From: Acidobacteriota bacterium
Lineage (GTDB): Bacteria > Acidobacteriota > UBA6911
Assembly: GCA_963664705.1 (NCBI GenBank)
Contig: OY761556.1
Location: 6,814,785-6,878,784, forward strand
DNA: 64,000 nt
Direction: 5' to 3'
A program made the translations under genes and the position numbers. Below are positions 46,390 to 55,971 of the stretch, one piece after another (positions within the stretch are counted from its first letter, which is position 1; each line of letters begins with the position of its first letter). The notes beneath the pieces are model-generated. The model saw nothing but the letters and a program-made list of their open reading frames with translations. It did not search any database and was not told where the DNA came from.

Positions 46390-47751
46390 ATGAATACATG
46401 CCTGCGCCGTAGAGATTTGTTGATGGGATTCGCCGCCATGATCCCGCTGCGTTCACTGCTGGCCGATACGTGGCCTCAGTTTCGGGGCGCGGAGGCTCGG
46501 GGCATAGGCCCGGACGATCCACGACTTCCGGAAATATGGAGCAGCAGCGAAAACGTCCTTTGGTGCGCGGACGTTCCTGGAACCGGATGGGCTTCGCCTG
46601 CTGTCTGGAACAACAGCATCTTCATCCACACGAACGTGAGTGCCGCGGGTGAGCGCGGTGCTCAAAAGGGTATGTCCGGTGGACGCGTGCAATATTTTCC
46701 TCCGACCGAAGAGCACCGCACAATGGCGCTCTGTCTTGACTTCAAAACCGGCAAGACCCGGTGGGCGACCGAGCTTCATCGAGGTGTGCCGCTAAGCTCA
46801 CGCCACCCCAAGAACAGCTATGCCTCGGAAACGCCGGTTACGGACGGCCAACGCGTCATCTTTCATATTGGCGATCTGGCGACCTATTGTCTCGATATGA
46901 AGGGAAAAATTCTGTGGACGAAGGAGTGGCCATTACAGGCTACGCGATACGGATACGGCACCGCTTCCTCGCCGATACTCTATGGAGATCGATTGTACCT
47001 TCTGAAGGATAACGAGGTGGAGTCGTATCTTTTTGCTCTGGATAAGAGCACGGGACGCGAAATCTGGAAGGTCCGGCGCGAAGAGCCGAGTACATGGTCG
47101 ACTCCTTATATATGGCGGAACAAACTCCGGACCGAGATTGTCACCTCGGGATCCAAAAAAATCCGCTCCTATGACCTGAACGGGAAGCCGCTTTGGGAAA
47201 TAACCAGGCTGGCAACTCTTGCCGTGCCGTCTCCCTATTCGGATGGCGACCTGCTTTATGTCACCTCCGGGTATCCTACCGATCCGACCAGTCCGATCTA
47301 CGCCATACGTCCCGGTGCGAGCGGCGATATTACGCCCAAGAACGGGGAGACGAGCAATGAGTACATCGTATGGAGCGTGTTGCAGGGAGGCCCCATCGAT
47401 CCTTCATCCATTGTCTACAAAGGCAAGTATTACAGCCTGACCGATGCCGGATTCCTGATCTGCCTCGATGCAAAAACAGGGAAGGAATTTTATGGGAAGC
47501 AGCGGCTCGATCCGGCCAGCGGAACCTTCACAACCTCTCCATGGGCATACAATGATCGCATCTTCTGTCTGAGCGAAGATGGAGACACCTATGTGGTGCA
47601 GGCCGGCCCGGAATTCAAGCTGCTGCGCAAGAACAGCCTCGGCGAAGCGTGCATGGCATCGCCGGCTATTGCGAATGGAAGCCTGATTCTGAGGACGTAC
47701 ACAAAGCTTTATCGCATCGAAACAAAGGGAAAGGCCGGGAAGAAAGGATAA
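46390..47751 (+). CDS. PQQ-like/BamB-like beta-propeller repeat protein with a Tat-type signal
   Basis: 453 aa. It has a twin-arginine motif (CLRRRDLLMGFAAM), the motif WPQFRG typical of this family, and repeated propeller blades. Confidence 0.7.
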   Translation: MNTCLRRRDLLMGFAAMIPLRSLLADTWPQFRGAEARGIGPDDPRLPEIWSSSENVLWCADVPGTGWASPAVWNNSIFIHTNVSAAGERGAQKGMSGGRVQYFPPTEEHRTMALCLDFKTGKTRWATELHRGVPLSSRHPKNSYASETPVTDGQRVIFHIGDLATYCLDMKGKILWTKEWPLQATRYGYGTASSPILYGDRLYLLKDNEVESYLFALDKSTGREIWKVRREEPSTWSTPYIWRNKLRTEIVTSGSKKIRSYDLNGKPLWEITRLATLAVPSPYSDGDLLYVTSGYPTDPTSPIYAIRPGASGDITPKNGETSNEYIVWSVLQGGPIDPSSIVYKGKYYSLTDAGFLICLDAKTGKEFYGKQRLDPASGTFTTSPWAYNDRIFCLSEDGDTYVVQAGPEFKLLRKNSLGEACMASPAIANGSLILRTYTKLYRIETKGKAGKKG

Positions 47752-47767
47752 CCTCAACCATCGCGCC

Positions 47768-48066
47768 ACTGGGAGCGAAAGATATTTCCGCTCCTCCCCA
47801 TGACCTAAAGTTGAACATTGGAGAGGGGTTCACCGTTTCTATCGCCCCGCCAGGGCTCTTTCCCGCGCTTATCTCTACCGGGGGTTCGCTTCGCTTCACC
47901 CCCGGCTACTTTCTGACCGCCCCTTCGGGGCTGATTTGATGGAGATTCCAAGTTCCTCGGGCAAATAGTATGCGGCATCAGCCGGGACGGCGGTGCTCCC
48001 AGCGCTCTCGTCAAGCCACAGGTTTTTCCACTCGGCTTTGCTGGTGGAGAAGCTCACTCCCGGCTG
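47768..48066. repeat. MITE-like hairpin-module repeat, copy C (left flank of element copy 2)
   Basis: Contains GGGAGCGAAAGATATTTCCG, ACCGGGGGTTCGCTTCGCTTCACCCCCGGCTAC and the TIR-like CGGGCAAATAGTATGCGGCATCAGCCGGGACGGCGG. Confidence 0.7.
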
Positions 48067-48244
48067 TTTTCTGGCGCGCCTATGATTGTGCAACATGGCC
48101 TGTTCAGGTAAAAAGGAAAAGAAAAACTTGGAGTTTGGGTGTGGAAACCCGGAAGGAGCCCGGAGGGCGACCGAAGGGTTTCTACTCCCAAACTCCAAGC
48201 GCGGATGCACTCGGATAGCACAGTCCTACATATTGAAGGCGCCC

Positions 48245-49063
48245 ATGATCAATAACACCAACCTTTCTCACTGGAACAGACTCCAAGCGAAGAGCCTTGA
48301 CGCTCAATTTGTTAATGAGATGATTACCGGCCTTAACTGCTCTCCTTTCGAGGCGGAAGCTATTGTAGAGAAAGTTCATGAGGTTTACGTGCCGCTGTTT
48401 CAGACGGCGCAGGGACTTAAGCCGGGTCAGATTCAAGTGGCCGTGATCGATGCTTCGGTAGCGCCTAATGTGCCACTGGCAAAAGCCAAGCAGAGACTGG
48501 TAACCCTGACCCTTCATGCAGGTACCGAAGATATCGAGACTCGAAAAAGGGGATCCGTACCAGCTCTTCGTCAGAAACGATTGTGCCGCATGTGCCAAGA
48601 AGCATTTCAGCAAGGGGGATTGTTGACCTTGGAGGATTTGGCCAATCTGTTCAATTGCGGCGTCCGCACTCTGGTGAACGACCTGGCGGCCTTGCGCAAA
48701 CAGAGCATTGTGCCTCCTCTGCGCTCTACGACCAAGGATATGGGCCGCGCCATCACCCATCGCCAACTGATTATCACGCTCTGGATGCAAGGGCTTGAGT
48801 ACTCCGAAATCGCCCGTAAGACCAATCACACCATCGACTCCGTAGCCAACTACGTGGATAAGTTTAAACGCTGTGCAGCCCTGTTTGTTTCTGGATTTGA
48901 CGTGGATACAGTTGCTCTGATGGTAAAGCTTTCAACGCCTCTGACCAAGGAATTTCAGCGTATCCACTCCGCTTGCCACGGGACTCCTCACCGTCTTCGG
49001 GAATTGGAAGATTTCCTCAAAAAAAACCGCATACCAAGCCTGCGCGGGAGGAAACGGTCATGA
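48245..49063 (+). CDS. element ORF-A (copy 2)
   Basis: Translation is identical to 6410-7228. Confidence 0.7.
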   Translation: MINNTNLSHWNRLQAKSLDAQFVNEMITGLNCSPFEAEAIVEKVHEVYVPLFQTAQGLKPGQIQVAVIDASVAPNVPLAKAKQRLVTLTLHAGTEDIETRKRGSVPALRQKRLCRMCQEAFQQGGLLTLEDLANLFNCGVRTLVNDLAALRKQSIVPPLRSTTKDMGRAITHRQLIITLWMQGLEYSEIARKTNHTIDSVANYVDKFKRCAALFVSGFDVDTVALMVKLSTPLTKEFQRIHSACHGTPHRLRELEDFLKKNRIPSLRGRKRS

Positions 49064-49845
49064 TTGCCCAATCTGAGGCTCAAAAACAATTCGGCTCTGC
49101 GCGGAAGCGCTTCCTGCAGTCTTCTATTGAAAATTTTCTGGACCAGGAGTTCCCTCGCACCTTCGGACCAGTAATTCGCGAGAAAATGGCAGAAAAGATT
49201 GTGGCGCTTGTCGACCAACAACTACCTCCCAAGGATCATCTGCGCCCTGGACAGTGTGTTTGGAATGCCGTATCCATTGCGACCCGGCCTGACAGCCCCA
49301 ACTGTCGTCTTGTCCCCATAGTCTTGACGCTTGTGGATTCTTCGGATGCCGAGCAACTGGCTCGCGGAACACCCATGTCCAGAATCGCCCAAACGTCCAT
49401 CGCTCGGATTTGCCGTGAAGCCTTTGAACAAGGAGCCTTGCTCTCGATGCGCGATATTGGCCTCTTAGTCTGGCGAGATAACGCCCACATCTCGCAGGTC
49501 CGGAAAAAGTGGGAGGCTGAACAGCAAACATCGTTGCCTCATGTCGGAACTATTCAAGATTTCGGCTCATGCATCACTCATAAGTCGGTCATTGTGCGCA
49601 AGGTTGTTTATGAAGGGAAAGATCCCCGTCGTGCTGCAGATGAAACCAAGCACTCGCAGAGAGCCGTCGATCGTTACCTAAAAGACTTTCATCGAGTAAG
49701 AACGTGCTTCGAACATATCCAAGATGTTGAATTCGTTATCAAAACAACAGGTCTATCCAGGCAGCTGGTAAACCAATATGTCAGAATCATCATGGAAAAT
49801 GAGAAAACGTTTCCTAAAGAGAACTTGACAGGCAAGATTGCTTAA
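49060..49845 (+). CDS. element ORF-B (copy 2)
   Basis: Translation is identical to 7225-8010. Confidence 0.72.
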   Translation: MIAQSEAQKQFGSARKRFLQSSIENFLDQEFPRTFGPVIREKMAEKIVALVDQQLPPKDHLRPGQCVWNAVSIATRPDSPNCRLVPIVLTLVDSSDAEQLARGTPMSRIAQTSIARICREAFEQGALLSMRDIGLLVWRDNAHISQVRKKWEAEQQTSLPHVGTIQDFGSCITHKSVIVRKVVYEGKDPRRAADETKHSQRAVDRYLKDFHRVRTCFEHIQDVEFVIKTTGLSRQLVNQYVRIIMENEKTFPKENLTGKIA

Positions 49846-49857
49846 ACTCCGGCGCTT

Positions 49858-50028
49858 AGTGCAGATGGAACAAAGATCCAGCGCCGGAGGCGCGAAAGAT
49901 AGTAGCCCCGGGCGAGCTTGCGAGCCCGGGGTTAAATTAGGGGTTCAAAGAGCCCTGCAAGGGCGAAAGAACGGCCATGGCAAAAAGGTAAATGGCCTTG
50001 GGAGCGACGACGGCGCCCCCAGTGGTGC
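49858..50028. repeat. MITE-like hairpin-module repeat, copy D (right flank of element copy 2)
   Basis: GGAACAAAGATCCAGCGCCGGAGGCGCGAAAGATAGTAGCC...AGCCCTGCAAGGGCGAAAGAACGG is colinear with 59280-59400. Confidence 0.7.
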
Positions 50029-50033
50029 GGGTT

Positions 50034-50537
50034 TCACGACAGGTGGTGTGCAACGCGCGCCATCATCAGCGTGTCCATGTAGCGCCCCTCTCGAAACGCA
50101 CTGCATATCTGTGTGCCTTCCACGCGAAAACCAAATTTCTTATACAACCGGATTGCCGGCTCATTATCGGGATACACCTCGAGTTCAAGCCGCGAGAGAT
50201 TCAGCCACATGTCCGCCAGATCCACGACGGCCTGCATCATTTGCGTGCCGATTCCCTTGTGCTGCCAGTCATCGCGCACGATCATCCCGAGATGCCCCAC
50301 GTGTCGCCGGCGCGGTCGAGTCGGAAAGGTCATCAGCGAAATCTCACCGATGACCTCGCGCTCCGCGCATGCGACCAGGCTGTACAAACCCTCCTGGGGA
50401 TCCGCCAGCTTTCTGCGCCATTGCTCGACGGAAGGGTAGGGGGTCTGGAGCGTGCCCCAGATTACCCTGGGGTAAGTGAGAATATTGGCGATCGCCTCGT
50501 AATCACCGGGTTCTGCCCGTCGAATAGTTATGACCAT
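50034..50537 (-). CDS. GNAT-family N-acetyltransferase
   Basis: Trimmed to ATG 50537, which has AAGGAG upstream. 167 aa with acetyl-CoA motif WQHKGIGTQMM and NEPAIRLYKKFGF. Confidence 0.85.
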   Translation of the reverse strand: MVITIRRAEPGDYEAIANILTYPRVIWGTLQTPYPSVEQWRRKLADPQEGLYSLVACAEREVIGEISLMTFPTRPRRRHVGHLGMIVRDDWQHKGIGTQMMQAVVDLADMWLNLSRLELEVYPDNEPAIRLYKKFGFRVEGTQICSAFREGRYMDTLMMARVAHHLS

Positions 50538-50634
50538 GGCTTTCTCCTTTTCTCCAGTACAATCCTGCTTCTGATTCAACTGCGCACCCGATTCGGCGGA
50601 TGCGAACCGTTGCCCGGTTTTTCCGGAGTACCTT

Positions 50635-51480
50635 TCAGGCCTCCGATACGGGCCGTGCGGTGAGGTTTTTCCACCACTTGCGCAGATCCTCGAGTGCCGC
50701 ATCGAACACCGGTTTCTGCATGGCGGTTCGTTCAAAAAATGCCGCTGCATCTGAGATGGTGGTTCCCATCATTCCAGGGAGAGAGACGAACTCGTGTATC
50801 AAGCCCGAATAGAGCCGAAGATCGGCGACTCCTCCGGCCTCGCGGATGGCGCGATAGAGACTGGTAGAGAGTTCCGGCGGCGTCATGATGTCCTCGTCTC
50901 CGCAGAAGATGATGGTCGGCGGGTAGCGGGCGGCGTGGGTGATCGGGCTGATGGCAGCCAGCATGGCGGGATCCAAAACTCCCAGCATCGCGCCGACCTG
51001 GGGCTCGATGCGCGTGGGCGGGAAAAAGACCGCGACTCCGGCGACCGCTTCGGACTGATCGGGATAAGGCTCTTCTGCACGCGCTGGGCCCGCAAATCCG
51101 CTTGCTGCGATCAGTGCCAGGTGTGCTCCCGCCGAATAGCCGGTCAGAAAAATCCGATCGGGCAGGATTCCCAGCGATTCTGCCTTTGCGCGAACAGCCC
51201 GGATCGAAGTCCGGGTGTCGCTGAGTGGTGCCGGCCAGGGCGCCTCGCCAAGCAGTCGGTATTCCGGCGCGATTGCCACGTAGCCGAGTTTGGCGAAGGC
51301 TGTGCCGGCGGCGGTCATGGCTGCACGGTCGCCCACACGCCAGCCGCCGCCGTGGTATAGCAGTACCGCGGGAGCTTTGCCCATGCCGGCGGCAGGACGG
51401 AAGATGTTCCATCGCAGCGGACGCGCATTTCCTGCATAGATTGCATCAAGTTCGACGATAACACCGGCGTTCTCGGCCAT
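50635..51480 (-). CDS. alpha/beta-hydrolase esterase/lipase (HSL-like)
   Basis: Trimmed to ATG 51480, which has AGGAG upstream. Oxyanion motif LLYHGGGW and nucleophile elbow GYSAGAH. Confidence 0.8.
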   Translation of the reverse strand: MAENAGVIVELDAIYAGNARPLRWNIFRPAAGMGKAPAVLLYHGGGWRVGDRAAMTAAGTAFAKLGYVAIAPEYRLLGEAPWPAPLSDTRTSIRAVRAKAESLGILPDRIFLTGYSAGAHLALIAASGFAGPARAEEPYPDQSEAVAGVAVFFPPTRIEPQVGAMLGVLDPAMLAAISPITHAARYPPTIIFCGDEDIMTPPELSTSLYRAIREAGGVADLRLYSGLIHEFVSLPGMMGTTISDAAAFFERTAMQKPVFDAALEDLRKWWKNLTARPVSEA

Positions 51481-51580
51481 GGTAAATCTCCTGTTCAGGG
51501 TGGAATGATCCGGAAGACCCAATGATGTTAACCCGAATTTGACGACTGAAGGAATTTGAATCTGTGTTTTTGCGAACAGC

Positions 51581-52066
51581 TCACGGACTGCGTCGGATTC
51601 CACGAGCTGCTTTCAGCCGGGGAATCCATCGATTCACTTGTGTGCGGTATTGCATCCAGTCATTGCTGAATTTTCGGGACAGCGTCGGCTCCTCATACAG
51701 GATGATGCGCAGATGGAAGCAGACGGCGAGAAAGCAGACATATGTCGCCAGGACAGGGGATCCGGAGATAAGGCTCCAGCCCGCTACGCATCCCAGGACC
51801 CCCACGTACATGGGATTCCGCATAAACCGATAGAGTCCAACGATCACCAGTTTCTTCGGAGGATCCCACGGGGCCAGGGTGCCTTTGCCGACAACATAAA
51901 AATCACGAACGCACCAAAGCAGGAGAGAAAGGCCAATGAAAAATACCGGCCAGCCGAGAATCGTCCCGCGGATCCGCCAGCGGTCTATCCCGAGCAGCAG
52001 CCAGGGACAGAAACCGCCAACGACAGCCGGCAAGGCCATGAATGCCAGGAGAGCGCGAAAAAGCAT
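51581..52066 (-). CDS. isoprenylcysteine carboxyl methyltransferase (ICMT)/phospholipid methyltransferase-family membrane protein
   Basis: 161 aa with 4 TM helices and the conserved segment LVIVGLYRFMRNPMYVGVL...EEP.L...F...W..Y...V.RWIP. Confidence 0.75.
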   Translation of the reverse strand: MLFRALLAFMALPAVVGGFCPWLLLGIDRWRIRGTILGWPVFFIGLSLLLWCVRDFYVVGKGTLAPWDPPKKLVIVGLYRFMRNPMYVGVLGCVAGWSLISGSPVLATYVCFLAVCFHLRIILYEEPTLSRKFSNDWMQYRTQVNRWIPRLKAARGIRRSP

Positions 52067-52251
52067 GAATTATTTTACTTTCTTGCGATAGGGTTTTCGA
52101 GAGAGATTCCTGAAGACGGAGGGTGGATGCACTATGCTACTATCCTATCTATCACGTGATTACCACTGGATGATTGGGATTCCCAAGGGCCATCGATTTC
52201 GGGAATTGGCATAAGCCGCCTGGCAAATTCTCTGATGTGAGAGCGACTGAA

Positions 52252-53946
52252 ATGATCCGGAACTTGTGTGTTCTCGTTTTGATCGGAGCTATGCTTCACC
52301 CCTTGTTTCGAGTTATGGCGAAGGATGCAGGTTTTGACCGGACAATCCGGGGTATCGTTCGCGATGATGAAGGGATTGTTCCAGACGCGGTGGTCAGAGT
52401 TCAGACCACTGTGCATAGCGCGGTAACCGGTGCAGGCGGAGAGTTCGAGTTGACTGTGCCCGAATCCCTTGGCAACTCGGTCAAACTTACGGCATGGGCT
52501 AAAGGGTACTTCATCAGCGGCCCGGTAAAGGCATCGCCTGGAGCGAAAGATGTAACGATTGCGCTGCACCGGCATAGCCAATGGGATAATCGCGAATATG
52601 CCTGGACGCCCGCCTCCCGGTCGACGGGATCCGGTGAAAATCAGGGGTGTTCCGAGTGCCATCTTCGCGGCAACGCCGCGGGTTCCGCTCTTCCGGTGGA
52701 CGAGTGGCTCCAGGACGCTCACGCTCAATCTGCGGTTAACCCGCGTTTTCTTTCGATGCATTCCGGGACAGATGTGTCCGGTCGCCGGAGCCCGTCAACA
52801 CGGTTCAGGCGCAACAATGAATCCAAATTGGTTCCGCTTCCTCCAAATCCTGAAGCGCCCTATTACGGGCCGGGATATCGACTCGATAATCCAGACCACA
52901 CAGGGGATTGTGCGGCCTGCCATGTCCCTGCGGCGGCAGTCAATGAGCCCTATAACACCGATCCTCTTTCGGCCCGGGGCGTGGGAGCGGAGGGGGTCAC
53001 CTGCGATTTCTGCCACAAAATCTGGGATGTCCGCCTTGACTCTCGCACCGGGCTGCCTGTTCCGGAAAAGGCCGGAGTGCAGTCCTTCGAGTTTCGGCGG
53101 CCTTTCAGCGGGCATCAGTTTTTCGCCGGTCCGCTGGACGATATTGCTCCCGGCGAAGACACATATTCCAAAATCCAGAAAAGCAGCCAGTTCTGCGCCC
53201 CGTGTCATTTCGGAGTATTTGAGGATACGGTTGTTTACGATTCCTTCGGGGAGTGGCTGCGGAGCCCTTACAGCCGAAAGGAAACCGGGAAAACCTGCCA
53301 GGACTGCCATATGCCAATCTCGGGGGCGGAGTTCTTTGCTCACCCTGAAAAAGGCGGATTGAAACGAGACCCGAATACCATCGTGAGCCATCGGATGCCT
53401 GGAGCCAGGGACGTCGATCTGCTCCAGAATGCTGTGTCGCTAACCCTTGAGGCGGAAAAAGTGTCCGAAGGGATTCGCGTTCGAGCGAGAGTTGTAAACG
53501 ATCGCACGGGGCACCATGTCCCTACGGACTCTCCGTTACGACATTTGATCCTGCTGGTTCGAGCCTATGGTTATGATGCCGCTCCGCTATCGCTGCAGCA
53601 TGGACCGGTTCTTCCGGAGTGGTGTGGTTCCGGGAAACCATCGGACGGCTATTATGCCGGGCTCCCGGGCAAGGTGTTTGCGAAGGTGCTTGAAGAGAAA
53701 TGGACGGGCGTCTCTCCGACAGCCGCATATTGGAATCCCACCCGCATCGTGATGGATACCCGGCTCGCCGCATTCCAGTCCGATGTCAGTGAATATCTGT
53801 TTGCCGCTCCTGAGGCCGGGAATGTGCGAATCGAGGCGGTGCTTCTTTATCGAAGGGCGTACAAGAATCTCATGAATCTCAAGGGCTGGACCGACCCGGA
53901 TATCCTGATGGAATCGTCAACCGCTTTGGTCGTGCAGGGTCGCTGA
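52252..53946 (+). CDS. exported pentaheme c-type cytochrome with an N-terminal CarboxypepD_reg-like domain
   Basis: Start at ATG 52252 followed by a signal peptide. It has five CxxCH motifs (CSECH, CAACH, CDFCH, CAPCH, CQDCH) and an N-terminal beta-sandwich-like IRGIVRDDEGIVPDAVVRVQ...TGAGGEFELTVPE. Confidence 0.8.
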   Translation: MIRNLCVLVLIGAMLHPLFRVMAKDAGFDRTIRGIVRDDEGIVPDAVVRVQTTVHSAVTGAGGEFELTVPESLGNSVKLTAWAKGYFISGPVKASPGAKDVTIALHRHSQWDNREYAWTPASRSTGSGENQGCSECHLRGNAAGSALPVDEWLQDAHAQSAVNPRFLSMHSGTDVSGRRSPSTRFRRNNESKLVPLPPNPEAPYYGPGYRLDNPDHTGDCAACHVPAAAVNEPYNTDPLSARGVGAEGVTCDFCHKIWDVRLDSRTGLPVPEKAGVQSFEFRRPFSGHQFFAGPLDDIAPGEDTYSKIQKSSQFCAPCHFGVFEDTVVYDSFGEWLRSPYSRKETGKTCQDCHMPISGAEFFAHPEKGGLKRDPNTIVSHRMPGARDVDLLQNAVSLTLEAEKVSEGIRVRARVVNDRTGHHVPTDSPLRHLILLVRAYGYDAAPLSLQHGPVLPEWCGSGKPSDGYYAGLPGKVFAKVLEEKWTGVSPTAAYWNPTRIVMDTRLAAFQSDVSEYLFAAPEAGNVRIEAVLLYRRAYKNLMNLKGWTDPDILMESSTALVVQGR

Positions 53947-54037
53947 ATTTGCCGCGCCATTCGTGGTAAGGGCTGCCAAATCACCACGAATGGCATGCGA
54001 CAAAAAATCATCAACACTAATACGTTTTAAAAACAGG

Positions 54038-55843
54038 TCAGACCGTCTTCTTCTGCTGCCCGAGAATGCACAATCCATCCTCACATTCATGATAGGCGGG
54101 CATGCGGAGAGGTTTTTTATCCAGTTTGATTCCGGCCTTGGGTATCCACTTATCCACGGATGCGGTCTTGTAATAGACATAGTCGGTTGCGTGGAAGATT
54201 GGATTGGTCTCGCCTCCTACCACCACAAAATTGATCCCCTCCGGTTTCAGGAAAGGGGAATTGGATTTTTCAGCCAGATGCTTGCTCAGCTTGTCCGGGT
54301 CATCCCAGCCTTCGGCTTTCAAGGCCTTGACCGCGAGCGGGTCCACCACGAAAGTGTAGGTGCCCATCGATTCAAAGGCCTTCATGCGCTGAAGCATTCC
54401 CGCGGTAGTGCCGATCCCCAGGGTCACCACGTTCCAGCCGCGGAAAATGCTGACAGTGCTTTCCGATGCTTTGAATCCCTTGCGTACGTGAAATGGCTTC
54501 CAGGGGCTCTTTCCTTCATTTTCGGCGCAGCACTGGTTGGTAAAGCTCAGACCATTGCCGATCGTCGCCATGAAGGTATCGCCGGCGCGGGCATCTCCAA
54601 AATTGATGCTCATGAGCGTCCAGGTTCTGCCAATGACCGAATTGGCATAATTGAACGGGCCCATAGCGCCTACGCCGCTGTTCATGCCGATGGTTTTGGA
54701 CGCCGGACCGTTGACTACTACCATGCTGCCGTAGGATCCGGTGGAACTCGGCATTGCGGGGTGCTGAGTCGAGGCGATTGCCAGAATGACCGGCAGATGC
54801 TCCGGCCTGGCACCGGCCATGACCGCGTTGATGGCAACCTTTTCAACCGTATATTCCTTCATTTCCTCGTGAGTGGTGACGGACATCATCCCGACTACTT
54901 CCTGCGGGTCATGATCCGTGCCCGCTAGCATTTCGGCGACTCTTTCCTCGGTCGGGAGCACGATCGGCAGACCGTCAGTCCAGCCGTTTCTCAGGAACAG
55001 GTGCTGAAGGTTCTCCTCGGTGTCCGCTTCCAGCACGCGCGGCCGTCGGGGCTTCTTGGGAATCTCCGGATTCTTTTCTGCCTCGGTCAGCGGTTTTGTC
55101 AGCGCATCGATTATTTCAGTGGTTAACTTCACACCGGTGACAGGATCGTCGCCCTGTACGTATTGGCGCAGCGTTTCTCTTGAAACCCACGCGACCGGAT
55201 ATGGGGGGAAGGCCCAGCGCAGATTCATGCCGTGAGAGTTGCCGTCGCGGATGACATAATCCGCAAACCGCGCGGTGACGATGGGCGCCGTGGGAAGACC
55301 ATACTCTCCTTCGATGGTTCGCGAAAATTCGGCGAGACTCGCCGAACAGCCGTCTCAGCCACCAACGCCGAAGATCACGCCATCCGCTTTTTTCTTGAGC
55401 ACTGCCCAAAGGTCCGGGCTGTCGGAGAATGGAGTGCCCCCTTTGGTGACCAGCACTGTCTTGACGGCGGGCATGTTTTTGGTGAACCACGTCTGCAATT
55501 CCTCGAGAAACTCTTTGGCTCCTGCGAACCCTGTATCCACCAGGTAGATGGTTTTATTGTCCAGGCTTGCCAGCCGTGGCGCCATTCGCAGTGCAACCAG
55601 TTCGTCCCGGGTAATGGTGGGATGCGTGTCCGGGTTGAAAATGGCCATCATATGGGAATCCGGAGCCCCGCGTCGGCCGAATTTCCCGGACGGCTGCCCC
55701 CGGGGATCAAGCACCGTTACCTTTTTTGCTTCGGAATTGGCTGATCCGGACAGGTACCTGCAACCGCTGCAAGAGGCCAGAATGATCGTGCCGACAAAAA
55801 GCAAACTCCAATACCGGCTGACGCTGTATTGTGATGAACTCAT
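54038..55843 (-). CDS. lipoprotein-type U-x-x-C protein, a predicted selenoprotein (TGA 55357-55355 read as Sec); it merges ORFs 55355-55948 and 54038-55228
   Basis: The two ORFs are in the same frame. The read-through peptide is IFGVGG-U-DGC-SASLAEFSRTIEGEYGLPTAPIVTARF. It is a paralog of 38491-40263 along its whole length (for example EYTVEKVAINAVMAGARPEHLPVILAIAS vs YYTVEMVAINAVMAGAKPEYFPTLLALAS). The start is probably ATG 55843, followed by lipobox ILASC. Confidence 0.7.
55328..55346 (-). other. SECIS-like hairpin downstream of the UGA
   Basis: On the minus strand, TTCGGCGA-GTC-TCGCCGAA forms an 8-bp perfect stem. The extended stem begins 8 nt after the TGA, and the GGCGA/TCGCC core begins 11 nt after it. 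Confidence 0.5.
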
Positions 55844-55971
55844 GTTTTTCCTCTGCCTGACGCCCATGAAAATAGCGTCAATAGATCTTGGACTTCTTGG
55901 ATATACCGCATGGATACTGATGGCGCGAGTGTAGCATCGAAGGACCATTCGCGGGTAAGCATTTTACTGCA

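Larger units (their letters stand above)
48067..49857 (+). mobile_element. two-gene repeat element, copy 2
   Basis: Apparently identical to 6232-8022 apart from 1 mismatch near the right edge. Both sides are flanked by MITE-like sequence that is colinear with the uninterrupted copy at 59087-59450. Confidence 0.8.

Noticed and set aside
52132-52761. 209-aa minus-strand ORF overlapping the start of the pentaheme cytochrome gene
   Set aside because: It is antisense to a CDS with five CxxCH motifs and a signal peptide. It has no domain or RBS.
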